Virus record (IMG/VR): IMGVR_UViG_3300009500_000015
Location: 2,998-66,997 of that record
Strand: one strand, 5' to 3'
DNA length: 64,000 nt
Origin: a virus
Lineage: Duplodnaviria; Caudoviricetes
Positions within the stretch are counted from its first letter, which is position 1; each line of letters begins with the position of its first letter. Shown here piece after piece: positions 25,542-34,610 of this stretch. The notes beneath the pieces were generated by a model. It had not been told where the DNA came from, did not search any database, and was given only the letters and a program-made list of their open reading frames with translations. The position numbers and the translations under genes are program-made.

Positions 25542-25903
25542 CTAATTTCCCGCTCCTTTGTGAAGGTCTTGGCCTTGTAGTCTCTCAGCTCCAAATGTGG
25601 ATGATGTCGGTGCTGGAGGTGTTCCAGTAAAAAACGTAGCGCCGCGAGCAAGAGCCATCCGAGCGCCCCCGCCAGTATCCAGATGGCCACATGCCCAACG
25701 AACCAGTAGGATAAGTATTCAAATCTTGATATCTCCATCTTTCTAGCCCTCGAAAACTTGATCATCAAGGGCGTTTTCGCGGCAAACTCTGCAAATCTCC
25801 CAATCTTCCAACATATCGCACATACAACGAGCGGGCGCATAATCCCCACCGTAATTCGGTCCGTACATAATTTCCGGGCAGTCCGGCAGGTTGAATGCTT
25901 CAT
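25538..25903 (-). CDS. Membrane-associated hypothetical protein
   Basis: One hydrophobic segment; start uncertain. Confidence 0.4.
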   Translation of the reverse strand: MKHSTCRTARKLCTDRITVGIMRPLVVCAICWKIGRFAEFAAKTPLMIKFSRARKMEISRFEYLSYWFVGHVAIWILAGALGWLLLAALRFLLEHLQHRHHPHLELRDYKAKTFTKEREIR

Positions 25904-25942
25904 ATGACATTGTTGCTACTCCTTACATTGTTGTTACTAAAC

Positions 25943-26031
25943 TGCTCAGCAGTTGGTTAGCAGTATACTCTTTTGCTCAGCTATGTCAACCCGGGTTGAC
26001 GAACGTATTGGCTCTGCTATAATGCTCAGCA
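25943..26031. promoter_or_regulatory. Divergent promoter pair sharing a 16-bp palindrome, with three TGCTCAGC operators
   Basis: GTCAACCCGGGTTGAC at 25985-26000; minus strand TTGACA-N16-TATACT; plus strand TTGACG-N16-TATAAT; operators at 25943, 25974, 26023. Confidence 0.75.
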
Positions 26032-26282
26032 ACCACCGTGGGGCATGTGGCTAAACTGTCCCAACATGGGGGCGCCAGGCGAAAGTCAGGCCAATGGGAA
26101 AGCCATAAGCCCCCACCAATACCACAAAGAGAAGCGGCGCAAAGGAGTCAATCAGTAAGGTCTATGTCTTAAAGGCGTGGCGATTGAACCTTGATCAAGT
26201 TCCGCCGACCCCAAGGTAAAGTGAATGACTCGCAGACCCCTTGGCTAAACCCCAAGGGGTTTGTCCGTAAAGAAGGAAACCA

Positions 26283-26522
26283 ATGGCAAGACAAAAGAAA
26301 GAGATCGCAAACCCGCCACCAGCAGTGGTGGTCCCTCCCAAAAAACGGGTGGGCGGGTTTGCCACAATGTCCGAAGAGCAGCGCAAAGAGATCGCCACCA
26401 AAGGGGGCTATGCGGTGCAGGCTGGGGGCAATGCACACAAGTGGAATAGCAAGACCGCACGACTCGCAAGCATGAAGAGCCATGAGAATAGAAAGCTCAG
26501 ACAGCTTGAAGAGGAAGTCTAA
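26283..26522 (+). CDS. KGG-motif (general stress protein-like) small protein
   Basis: GGFATMSEEQRKEIATKGG....GNAHKWNSKTARLA. Confidence 0.75.
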   Translation: MARQKKEIANPPPAVVVPPKKRVGGFATMSEEQRKEIATKGGYAVQAGGNAHKWNSKTARLASMKSHENRKLRQLEEEV

Positions 26523-26527
26523 TCATC

Positions 26528-27055
26528 CTAATAGCCAAGCAGGCATTGGTCGCCCAGCTTGGGAAACATGCAATGTGTTAGCGCCAGGGCTAGCGCATCA
26601 AACAGGTCATCATCACCACTTAGTGTGGGTAAATTTAGATGACCGCGCACAGCGTTTTTTACTTGAACCTTACTGGCCTTACCATTTCCGGCTACGCGCG
26701 CTTTGACCGTGCTGGCCGACAGCTCGACGAGCGCCCCACGAACCTCAAGCCCGAGATAAATTTGCGACAGCTTTAGAAGCACCACGCCTCTTGCTTGCAT
26801 AACCTTCCCCATCACATTGACTGCAGCACCCCAGTAGGTTTGCTCAATCACAACCACGTCGGGCGGGCTGTAGGCATGTTCTTGAAATAACATTTCGATA
26901 TCGCCATACAGCTCTCTAAGCCTGTGATGGTAGGCGTCGTCTTTTGGTGTTGTGATGACCCCAGAGGCCAGATGCCGGACGCCACCGCCGGCGGTTGTCT
27001 CTATGCTGCCATAACCAAGCGTTCCATAGCCAACATCAAGGCCAAGAACTCTCAT
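26528..27055 (-). CDS. ruvC: RuvC Holliday junction resolvase
   Basis: VLGLDVG...GYG, VVIEQ, STVKARVAGNGKASKVQV, DDLFDALALA. Confidence 0.9.
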   Translation of the reverse strand: MRVLGLDVGYGTLGYGSIETTAGGGVRHLASGVITTPKDDAYHHRLRELYGDIEMLFQEHAYSPPDVVVIEQTYWGAAVNVMGKVMQARGVVLLKLSQIYLGLEVRGALVELSASTVKARVAGNGKASKVQVKNAVRGHLNLPTLSGDDDLFDALALALTHCMFPKLGDQCLLGY

Positions 27056-27330
27056 CGTTTGGCACACTCTAGCCCATAGCAGCGCTCAAGCAGATTGAGA
27101 GCGCGGTCATGTTCCGAGCGGCGCCATTTGGCCACCTCAAGCAGGTCTGTTATTTGCAAGAGCGTCATGCCAGAGGTAATCGAATAATGGTGAGTATCAT
27201 TGCCAACATATTGGTAGATCCGATAGCACTTTTCATCGCCTTCATACAGGCCAGCAAGACTATAAAACCCAATATCGTAGGTTTCGATGAGCTCTACGAG
27301 AAGCAGATCGTCCCAATTAATATGTCTCAT
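27052..27330 (-). CDS. Hypothetical protein
   Basis: Coupled ORF. Confidence 0.5.
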   Translation of the reverse strand: MRHINWDDLLLVELIETYDIGFYSLAGLYEGDEKCYRIYQYVGNDTHHYSITSGMTLLQITDLLEVAKWRRSEHDRALNLLERCYGLECAKR

Positions 27331-27623
27331 GCGCCTTTGCCCTCTGATTCTTTTTCAAGCCGTTTGATCTCGTCCGCCAGATACCATTGTGCCTTCTTTA
27401 GATCTGTTATGGGATTTCCTTTGTAACGGTGACGCAGCAAGTATTTCAAGGCGTTCCCGACATTAAAATTCTCGTGCCGCGTTATCTCAATTGCCTCAAT
27501 TCCGCTCGGATGGCTATTGTAGTGCTTTGGCCTCGCCACCTCATCAAAAGGTATCGCAAGCACATCACCACTCTTAAGCCTCCCGGTGGCTCTGATTGGA
27601 GCGTTGCTAGCTTTTCTTCTCAT
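27327..27623 (-). CDS. DUF3310 (SaV-like) protein
   Basis: PKHYNSHPSGIEAIEI...FNVGNALKYLLRHRYKG...DLKKAQWYL. Confidence 0.85.
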   Translation of the reverse strand: MRRKASNAPIRATGRLKSGDVLAIPFDEVARPKHYNSHPSGIEAIEITRHENFNVGNALKYLLRHRYKGNPITDLKKAQWYLADEIKRLEKESEGKGA

Positions 27624-28021
27624 AGGTCATTTACTATCGGGCAAACAACAGAAGCGACCGCGCAGATCATCTTGGCGATGGCAATTATCTGAGAGCCACT
27701 AATCTTGTCCGGTTGCTTCTCAATAAACTCTTTTGTAGTGCCCTCTTTGATCGCCTTGATAAACGTAAGGGCAAATTGCAATTTCTCGGGGGCGCTTTCG
27801 AGCAGCGCGACGAGCTTCGCATCAATGTCTATTACTGGCTTGGGAACAAATGGCTGATCTATCGTAATGATCGCGCCTGCGTTTGGTTCTTCATTCATTT
27901 TCCGAACTCCTCCTTTGGGGAATAAACTCATTTCCTCAACATATTTCAAGTAGAATTTTCTGCAATCATCACAAGGGCATAGCGGGTGATAGCTGCCGTA
28001 AGAATAAAGATGCTCCATCAT
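27620..28021 (-). CDS. Hypothetical protein
   Basis: Coupled ORF. Confidence 0.45.
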   Translation of the reverse strand: MMEHLYSYGSYHPLCPCDDCRKFYLKYVEEMSLFPKGGVRKMNEEPNAGAIITIDQPFVPKPVIDIDAKLVALLESAPEKLQFALTFIKAIKEGTTKEFIEKQPDKISGSQIIAIAKMICAVASVVCPIVNDL

Positions 28022-29445
28022 TTCACTACGACACCACGGGTGGTGCACACATCGGCAAACGATCGCCCGTCAGACTCTAGGGTCGCGGCCTTGCCTGTAT
28101 ATTCTTGCCAGCGTCGCACCATGGTATCGACATAAGTTGGGGCAATTTCCATTATGAAAGCACGGCGCCCTAGCTTCTCGGCGCCAATTAGAGTAAAGCC
28201 ACTGCCGCCAAACACATCAAGCACGATATCGCCGCCCTTGCTGGAATTGTTGATCGCAATCTCGGCCAATTCGACCGGCTTTTGTGTTGGGTGCAGCTCG
28301 ACTTTTTGGAGTCTATTCACGTCCCAAACGGTGCCCTTGTCTCTGCCGCCATACCATGGGTGGTTTTGTCCTATGAATCCATACCAGCATTCTTCGTGCT
28401 GCCAGTGGTAATCAGAGCGACCCATGACAAAGGGATGCTTGCGCCAGATGATCTTGTTTTGAATATGGATGCCCGCTTGCTTCACGGCTTGTCCAATCGA
28501 GCCTCCTTCCAGGAGGCACGGTGCCCAGACGTAGACCGGGGCATTCTTTGAAACTAGGACGCAATTGATTAATACATCCTTCAAGTAGGCAGTTAGATCT
28601 TCGTCTCTGAGTTCATCATTGGCTATCTTGTGCTCTTTGCCTCGAAAGTTTTTGCCCGCACGGGGATTGGTTTTACCTTGCTCAAACGAGACCCCATAAG
28701 GTGGGTCGGTAAAGATCAAATCGGCTCTTTGTCCATTCATCAGCTGTTCTACCATTGCTAGCTGAGTGGAATCCCCGCACATAATGCGGTGATCTCCACA
28801 TATCCAAACGTCGCCAAGCATGCTGGTTGCGGTAGCCAATGCTTCGGGCACGGCATCGTCGTCCGTCAGGCCCTCTTGGATTTCTGGCGTCATGAGCTTA
28901 TCTAGCTCATCCTCCGGAAAGCCCAAAAGATCTAGATTGAAGTCCAGATCCTTTAATTCGGTCAGCTCGAGCTGTAGCTTCTCAAGATCCCACTCGCCCC
29001 TTAATGTATGTTCGTTGTCCGCAATAATGTACGCTCGCTTCTGGGCGTCCGACAGGTGGGCAAGATCAATTGTAGGGACAAGCGACAGCCCCAACAGTTG
29101 GGCAGCTTGCAATCTTCCATGTCCTGCCAGTATGCCGCTATTCCCGTCCGTAAGGATTGGGTTTGTCCAACCAAACTCTTTGATGGATGCGGCTATCAAT
29201 TGCACTTGCTCGGGCGAATGCTTCCGAGCGTTGCGCACATATGGGATCAGGGTCGAGGGGGACACATAGTTGATCTTTAACCCCTCGTTGCTAACCACAA
29301 TGCTCGGGGCCGCGTCCCATTCGGCATCGGTCATTATCTTCGGTTCGCCCGACGGCAATGGCAGATTGCGCACAGCCTCTATCATTTTCTTGCTTGCCGG
29401 CTTCGGCTTCTTTGCGGCCTTTTGTTTTGATTGTTTGATCGTCAT
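28018..29445 (-). CDS. ParB/Srx-domain fused DNA amino-methyltransferase (N6A/N4C)
   Basis: PYVRNARKH...FGWTNPI...ILAGHGR (ParB-like); FTDPPYG, HPTQKPVEL, VLDVFGGSG (methylase). Confidence 0.92.
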   Translation of the reverse strand: MTIKQSKQKAAKKPKPASKKMIEAVRNLPLPSGEPKIMTDAEWDAAPSIVVSNEGLKINYVSPSTLIPYVRNARKHSPEQVQLIAASIKEFGWTNPILTDGNSGILAGHGRLQAAQLLGLSLVPTIDLAHLSDAQKRAYIIADNEHTLRGEWDLEKLQLELTELKDLDFNLDLLGFPEDELDKLMTPEIQEGLTDDDAVPEALATATSMLGDVWICGDHRIMCGDSTQLAMVEQLMNGQRADLIFTDPPYGVSFEQGKTNPRAGKNFRGKEHKIANDELRDEDLTAYLKDVLINCVLVSKNAPVYVWAPCLLEGGSIGQAVKQAGIHIQNKIIWRKHPFVMGRSDYHWQHEECWYGFIGQNHPWYGGRDKGTVWDVNRLQKVELHPTQKPVELAEIAINNSSKGGDIVLDVFGGSGFTLIGAEKLGRRAFIMEIAPTYVDTMVRRWQEYTGKAATLESDGRSFADVCTTRGVVVK

Positions 29446-29461
29446 GCTCGCGCCTTATAGT

Positions 29462-29491
29462 AAAGCCACCACCAGTAGTGGTGATGGCTTT
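29462..29491 (-). terminator. Putative intrinsic terminator
   Basis: Minus strand GCCATCACCA-CTAC-TGGTGGTGGC stem followed by TTT. Confidence 0.45.
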
Positions 29492-29517
29492 TGGTGGGAT
29501 TGCAGTTGCCTCTTGCT

Positions 29518-29931
29518 TTATGTGCTGGCTGGCGGCTCGGGCGGCGTGATTGCCGTGGTTTCGGCAGCATCGCCCGTGGTTACAGCCTGAACTGTGCTAT
29601 CGGCTCCCGATAGACTGGTGACAAGCGCATTAAGTCTGGTTACTTCTGGCGTGAAGTCAGTACTCGGAAGGCTTGCAAGCGCCTGTTTAACGGCTGCCAA
29701 AAGGGCCGTATCGGTTGCCTGTAGTGAAGCCACGTCTGTCTCAAGCGCCGTGGTTGCGGCCTCTACGGAACTAAGTCCGGCATCTAGATCTGATTGGGTG
29801 TCTGTCATTTGCTTTCCTAATCCTATTAATTGGGTTTTGATAAATTGAATATCTCTCTGGAATTGCGGGGTAAAACAGTAGGGCACAAAACCCGCCAGCT
29901 CTTCCGCTAAATTCTCGCTCTCATCGCTCAT
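29518..29931 (-). CDS. Ala/Thr-rich coiled-coil hypothetical protein
   Basis: ORF; start uncertain. Confidence 0.5.
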   Translation of the reverse strand: MSDESENLAEELAGFVPYCFTPQFQRDIQFIKTQLIGLGKQMTDTQSDLDAGLSSVEAATTALETDVASLQATDTALLAAVKQALASLPSTDFTPEVTRLNALVTSLSGADSTVQAVTTGDAAETTAITPPEPPAST

Positions 29932-30069
29932 AGCGATCAGAATATCATAGCTGAGCACAATGTCTACTAAAATTCGCTTACAAAACCCAATCCGCCCGCT
30001 TGTCAAGGAAAGTTGTTAGGAAACCTTGATAGTGTGGACGGATTGGATGGGCTGCAGCCTGCTTTGTAA

Positions 30070-30888
30070 CTAGGCTTCCCCTTCCATCAGGTTGATAACC
30101 CAACCGTCGGAAGTCCAGTTAGAACTTAAGAACATTTTGAGCGGCATCCAGAAGTAACCCGCCAGCCCCCAGCCCGCGCCCCACGAGTTCCGGCACAAAA
30201 CCCACTCGACTATGCCCTGGCTGCCTTGCGGCAAATTCAGATTGTACCCAACGGCCATTACGCAATGCCCACCAATAATGGAATCAAATAATCCCGGTTG
30301 GGGCAGTATTCCAGAAGTCGCAACCTCTTGGGATTCAAACGAGGAAGGGACACTAAAGCCAAAAACTATCGGGTAGCCGCCTGCCAAGACGGACAAGACT
30401 TGATTCTCGTTCGTAAGATCGACGGCCTCATATTTGAGCGACTTATGCAAGACCGCATCGCTGTAGCATTTGTCGGGCGGCTTTACGGTAAATTGCGAAA
30501 TATCATAGGGCCAGAGCCAATCGGGAGCGGTGCCGTCCGCCTCACTCTCTGGGCAAACGCCCGACGTATTGATAGAACTTATGCCATCTCGGATGTTGGC
30601 GCCCGAATCACTAGATACGGTTCCCTCAATCACGCGCTCGTTATAGTAGATAAACAATCGGCTAGGCACAAAGTTCCACTTGTAACCCGTCTTTAGCGCC
30701 GTATATTGAATAGCGCCGGCGATACCATTGGCGGTGCATGATCCTAATTGCCCTTGGTCGTAAACTGGCGGGCATTGGGGTCTTAGATCAACAGATTGGG
30801 GCAGTGCGAGCTTATCGACGACAGGCTTGCTATTGAGCTTGTCTCTAAAATCTGGACGTTGCGGAATCCACCCATAGTGTCTAGCCAT
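30070..30888 (-). CDS. C1 (papain-family) cysteine peptidase
   Basis: VYDQGQLGSCTANG, GGHCV and RNSWG catalytic motifs. Confidence 0.92.
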   Translation of the reverse strand: MARHYGWIPQRPDFRDKLNSKPVVDKLALPQSVDLRPQCPPVYDQGQLGSCTANGIAGAIQYTALKTGYKWNFVPSRLFIYYNERVIEGTVSSDSGANIRDGISSINTSGVCPESEADGTAPDWLWPYDISQFTVKPPDKCYSDAVLHKSLKYEAVDLTNENQVLSVLAGGYPIVFGFSVPSSFESQEVATSGILPQPGLFDSIIGGHCVMAVGYNLNLPQGSQGIVEWVLCRNSWGAGWGLAGYFWMPLKMFLSSNWTSDGWVINLMEGEA

Positions 30889-31201
30889 CGTTTTTGCTCC
30901 TGTTGTAAGTAATCTCTAGCTCTTTGCGCGCAATACAATCTCGAATTACGGCAGATTTTTGTTCTAGCTCGTAGGATAGCAGCGCTACGTCCGCCTCTAG
31001 ATCCTCCTCGGTCCATTGAGGTTGGTGGATCAGCGTTTGTCTAACGTACGCCTCCATGCTGTGCTGATTGTAGCCGAGCGCCCACATGAGCACATTCATA
31101 CTAAAGGGCGCGATCATATCTTCCGGATTGCGCTCGCTCTGCTTGCTAAAGAAAGCAAGTAGGCGCAACATCTCGACTCGGGGGCGAACTTCTGGTGGCA
31201 T
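30881..31201 (-). CDS. Hypothetical protein
   Basis: Coupled ORF. Confidence 0.5.
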   Translation of the reverse strand: MPPEVRPRVEMLRLLAFFSKQSERNPEDMIAPFSMNVLMWALGYNQHSMEAYVRQTLIHQPQWTEEDLEADVALLSYELEQKSAVIRDCIARKELEITYNRSKNDG

Positions 31202-31205
31202 TTCT

Positions 31206-31466
31206 CTAGTCCAACAAGGTTAGAACACGACCGGCCGAATGGTCCGTCATTTTGGCAAGCTTTGGTACTACCGGCCCGCCCGACTGTCCGCATACATGAT
31301 TGGCCTGTTCGTTTGCCAATTTACGTACTTGGTTTTCAAGCTTATCTATTTTAGATAGCAATAGCTTCCGTTCCTTTTCCCAATCTTTTTGCGCTCCCCT
31401 AAAGGCTCTTAGCTGAACGCGATTCAGCGACACGACCCCGCTTATGGTTTTTAGATCTTCTTGCAT
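31206..31466 (-). CDS. Hypothetical coiled-coil protein
   Basis: ORF with GAGG RBS. Confidence 0.5.
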   Translation of the reverse strand: MQEDLKTISGVVSLNRVQLRAFRGAQKDWEKERKLLLSKIDKLENQVRKLANEQANHVCGQSGGPVVPKLAKMTDHSAGRVLTLLD

Positions 31467-31471
31467 TTCGC

Positions 31472-31768
31472 TTACCTCCTCGGTGGCAGGTCAATCTTGC
31501 CCATCATTTGCCTTATGATGCTTCCGGCAAATTGCTCCTTGATACTCTTAAGGGTTTCCTCTTTCTCTCTTGGCCTTAGCACCACATGCGGTTCCTTAAG
31601 CATTTTCTCAAAGAACATTGCGTTCGGCGTGTTAATTTCCAAATAGAAGCAAGTTAGCTCAATCAGCGCTTCCATGCGTTTTTTTTGCTCTTGCGGTGCA
31701 TTTTGATTGCCCGCATAAAGCGCAAAGAGCTCTATCAAAGTTTGCTCAATCTGTTCTTGAGTTTTCAT
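31472..31768 (-). CDS. Hypothetical protein
   Basis: ATG at 31768 chosen. Confidence 0.45.
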   Translation of the reverse strand: MKTQEQIEQTLIELFALYAGNQNAPQEQKKRMEALIELTCFYLEINTPNAMFFEKMLKEPHVVLRPREKEETLKSIKEQFAGSIIRQMMGKIDLPPRR

Positions 31769-31769
31769 T

Positions 31770-31991
31770 CTAGTTGATTCTATTGGCTGGCCATTTCTTT
31801 TCAGACTCGCCACGTTGATACACCTTATTGGGCGCATCATCCACACTCAATTGCAGGACTCGGAGCTTATCTTCGATATTCTCGCCCCAATCGTGCAGCT
31901 CTAAGATCAATCCGCGTACCTCAAGGGCCATAGCCACCACCACGCACAAAATTAGAAGCGCCAAACCTACTGCAATACCTTCGAACATCAT
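31770..31991 (-). CDS. Single-TM membrane protein
   Basis: IAVGLALLILCVVVAMAL. Confidence 0.5.
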   Translation of the reverse strand: MMFEGIAVGLALLILCVVVAMALEVRGLILELHDWGENIEDKLRVLQLSVDDAPNKVYQRGESEKKWPANRIN

Positions 31992-32022
31992 TCACCTCAC
32001 AAATGCATTGCGATCAATATAA

Positions 32023-32035
32023 ATTGCTCAGCAAT
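32023..32035. promoter_or_regulatory. Operator-like near-palindrome ATTGCTCAGCAAT
   Basis: Intergenic copy of the recurring TGCTCAGCA motif. Confidence 0.6.
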
Positions 32036-32041
32036 AAAAGT

Positions 32042-32464
32042 CTAGGGCCTTGACCACTTGCAAGGAGTCATTGCCATACAGTACCGACACCACAAGGCCG
32101 CGTGCCCTTCCTTTTCGTGCTCTTCTGTTAATTTCATTTCCTGAAACCATGTCCCCTCACAATTGTTGCACGCCGCATGCACCATCCAGGGAGCTTGGGC
32201 CGGGGGCCAGAGCAATTGGACATCAACCTTGTAGCTTCGGCTTGAGTAGCCGATACAATCCTCGTTTCCAACAATCACAAAAAATTTTGCCGCGCTTTTC
32301 ATTTGGTCCGACGCCGTACTAATGGCGAGCGCCTCGGCCACCACGCAGGCGGTAACCACATCGGGGCAGCTTGCATACTGGCGTTTGTCCTGCCGGCCAG
32401 ACTGACCGTCTATCCATTCGCCCCATACCTCATGGCCGCCCATACGATACCTTATGCCGTACAA
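32042..32464 (-). CDS. Hypothetical protein
   Basis: C-terminal CNNC..CRYC. Confidence 0.45.
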   Translation of the reverse strand: MYGIRYRMGGHEVWGEWIDGQSGRQDKRQYASCPDVVTACVVAEALAISTASDQMKSAAKFFVIVGNEDCIGYSSRSYKVDVQLLWPPAQAPWMVHAACNNCEGTWFQEMKLTEEHEKEGHAALWCRYCMAMTPCKWSRP

Positions 32465-32532
32465 GCGCTATACTAGCCTAAGAGTTGGCGAGACGCCAAG
32501 AACCGACCTGTATCTATTCGTTGGTTTTTGGC

Positions 32533-34143
32533 ATGTCAGATCAGATCGCCCTCTTTGCCTCTTTAGTCAAACAGCTTCCCGAGTGGGCCAGAGATACTCG
32601 CTATCAAGAGCAGTATTGCAATATGCTTTGGCTTCGCGCGCAGCAATATGACCACATCAAATATCCGTTCAATGCCGAGACGGACGGCATGGGCAATTTC
32701 AATAAGATGTGGACCAAGCGCCCGTCCGTTAAGCTCAATCTTCCTAAGCTGGGAGCTGAGGCCACAAGCCGCAAGCTATTTGGGAAAAAGCATTGCCCTA
32801 GAATTGTCCACCATGAAAAAGATGAGGTAACCGAAGCTTTCCAATGGTTGGTCAAAACGGCCCGTATGGAAAAAGAGTGGCTTCGGATAGCAAAGTTCTC
32901 GCAAACTGGATCATCTGCAGTCGTCCTTAAGGTCGTGGACGATATACCGGTTTTGTGCAACTATCCGGCCTACGAGTGCTGGCCTACGTTTGATCAGGCA
33001 AAACGAATAGAGCGGCTGCGAGTCTGCCAGGTGATCAGTGGGTCCGAGTGGCTGAATGACGCAAAAAGAACAAACATTCGCAAGGATATTTCGGGTGATG
33101 ATATTCAGCCCGAGCAGCTTTACTGGTATGTGCGCGAGTGGGACAAAGAGCAGGCGATCGTCATGGTGCCGGTCAAGCAAGGTGATTGGAATCCAATAAC
33201 TGGCGATGACAACAAATGGCTAGACTTTTGTGAGCCACTTTGCGAGCCCCATAAGTTCGGGTGGGTGCCGGCCTTGTGGTTGGAAAATCTTCCAAACGAG
33301 GATCAATGCACCGACGGGCTTCCTACCTTTTATGGTGCGTTTGATAATTGCATAAATTTAGACTACACGCTTAGCCAGATTGGGCGCGGTGGCAACTATA
33401 TGGCCTGCCCCCAACTGTTCGTTAAGGGCAAGATCCTTACCTTTGAGGGAGGGACCAAAGTAAGCGGGCAGCATACTTTCGGACCTCACAGCATGTTGCA
33501 GGTGGCGGCCGATAGGCGAGATGCGGCAGGCAATCAAATGTCCGGTTCGGACGCGAAACTAATTGAGCTTGATGGCTCGGGCATTGAGCGCTTTATGAAC
33601 ACATGGGTCGATAAGCTAAAAATGTGGACCCTTGAGTGCGTCGGGCTATCAAGAAAAGACCCCAATACTATCAAGGGGCAGATGAGCGGGAAGGCAATCC
33701 AGTTATTTGACGAGGACTTTATTGATCTTGTCGAACTGCTCAAAGATAGCTACGGGGAAAATGGTTTTCTTGAGAGCGCAAAGCTTCATGGCAAAATGCT
33801 TGTCAAGCTAGGCCACCCTAAATTCAAAGGCGTGACCGAGGAAGATTGCGACGAGGCAGAACTCAAATGGCCAATCATGTACACGCTTGAGCCAGACGAA
33901 GTGCTCCCATTGGTCAACGGGCTTGCCGGCGCGGTGGCTGGCGGAATGATGGAGTTGGATCAGGCGCAAGTCTATCTAGAAAGCCAGATGGGCAATGGCT
34001 ATCTGTATTTTGACGAGATGGGCACGACCGAGGCCGCCCCAACCTCGCCGGCCGACAAGGAACCAATCTTGCAAATGACAGGCGCCGCAACCCCTCCCCC
34101 TAAGCCCGCACCCGCAACGAAACCAAAGGCTAAGAAGAAATGA
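32533..34143 (+). CDS. Portal protein
   Basis: ~536 aa, first gene of the head module, Pro/Lys-rich tail; assigned from size, position and SPP1-portal-like layout. Confidence 0.7.
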   Translation: MSDQIALFASLVKQLPEWARDTRYQEQYCNMLWLRAQQYDHIKYPFNAETDGMGNFNKMWTKRPSVKLNLPKLGAEATSRKLFGKKHCPRIVHHEKDEVTEAFQWLVKTARMEKEWLRIAKFSQTGSSAVVLKVVDDIPVLCNYPAYECWPTFDQAKRIERLRVCQVISGSEWLNDAKRTNIRKDISGDDIQPEQLYWYVREWDKEQAIVMVPVKQGDWNPITGDDNKWLDFCEPLCEPHKFGWVPALWLENLPNEDQCTDGLPTFYGAFDNCINLDYTLSQIGRGGNYMACPQLFVKGKILTFEGGTKVSGQHTFGPHSMLQVAADRRDAAGNQMSGSDAKLIELDGSGIERFMNTWVDKLKMWTLECVGLSRKDPNTIKGQMSGKAIQLFDEDFIDLVELLKDSYGENGFLESAKLHGKMLVKLGHPKFKGVTEEDCDEAELKWPIMYTLEPDEVLPLVNGLAGAVAGGMMELDQAQVYLESQMGNGYLYFDEMGTTEAAPTSPADKEPILQMTGAATPPPKPAPATKPKAKKK

Positions 34144-34610
34144 GCACAGTTCTAGACGAACACATAGCTAATCATGTTGTCCAATATATAAAACTCCCCC
34201 AGCCAAGCATGGGAAACAAGATCCACTGCTTCCGCGAGAAAGGCATTTATGTGCTTGAGGAGGGGCCCGCCATGCTTGCCGGTATGGCGTGCGCACATGC
34301 GGGAAGTGGTGGCATGGCATTTTATGACGGCGTGCCGGACGACACCGGGCATTTTGTCACCCCAGAATTACGAGAACCGATCCTTGAAGAGTACGAGAAT
34401 GTACGGGACTACAATGAGGCGGTGGTCAAATATGAGCTCGACTCGTGCAAATTTAACGGACGATTGATCAAATATTTTCAGCCCGCCGTGATGGGCATGT
34501 GGCAATTGATGGGCGGCACGTACTATGGGCTCACGCTTAAAATTACCGGTAATGCGATAGATTCGCCCTCCCCAATAATTACCGTAACCTGGCAGGCGCT
34601 TAAACGCTGA
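34140..34610 (+). CDS. Hypothetical protein (possible paralog of the next gene)
   Basis: Coupled ORF after portal. Confidence 0.6.
   Translation: MSTVLDEHIANHVVQYIKLPQPSMGNKIHCFREKGIYVLEEGPAMLAGMACAHAGSGGMAFYDGVPDDTGHFVTPELREPILEEYENVRDYNEAVVKYELDSCKFNGRLIKYFQPAVMGMWQLMGGTYYGLTLKITGNAIDSPSPIITVTWQALKR

Noticed and set aside
26528-27055. RuvC as a split TasR nuclease partner
   Set aside because: It is a canonical Holliday junction resolvase in an ordinary phage recombination/DUF3310 neighbourhood, 25 kb from the Nop-like gene
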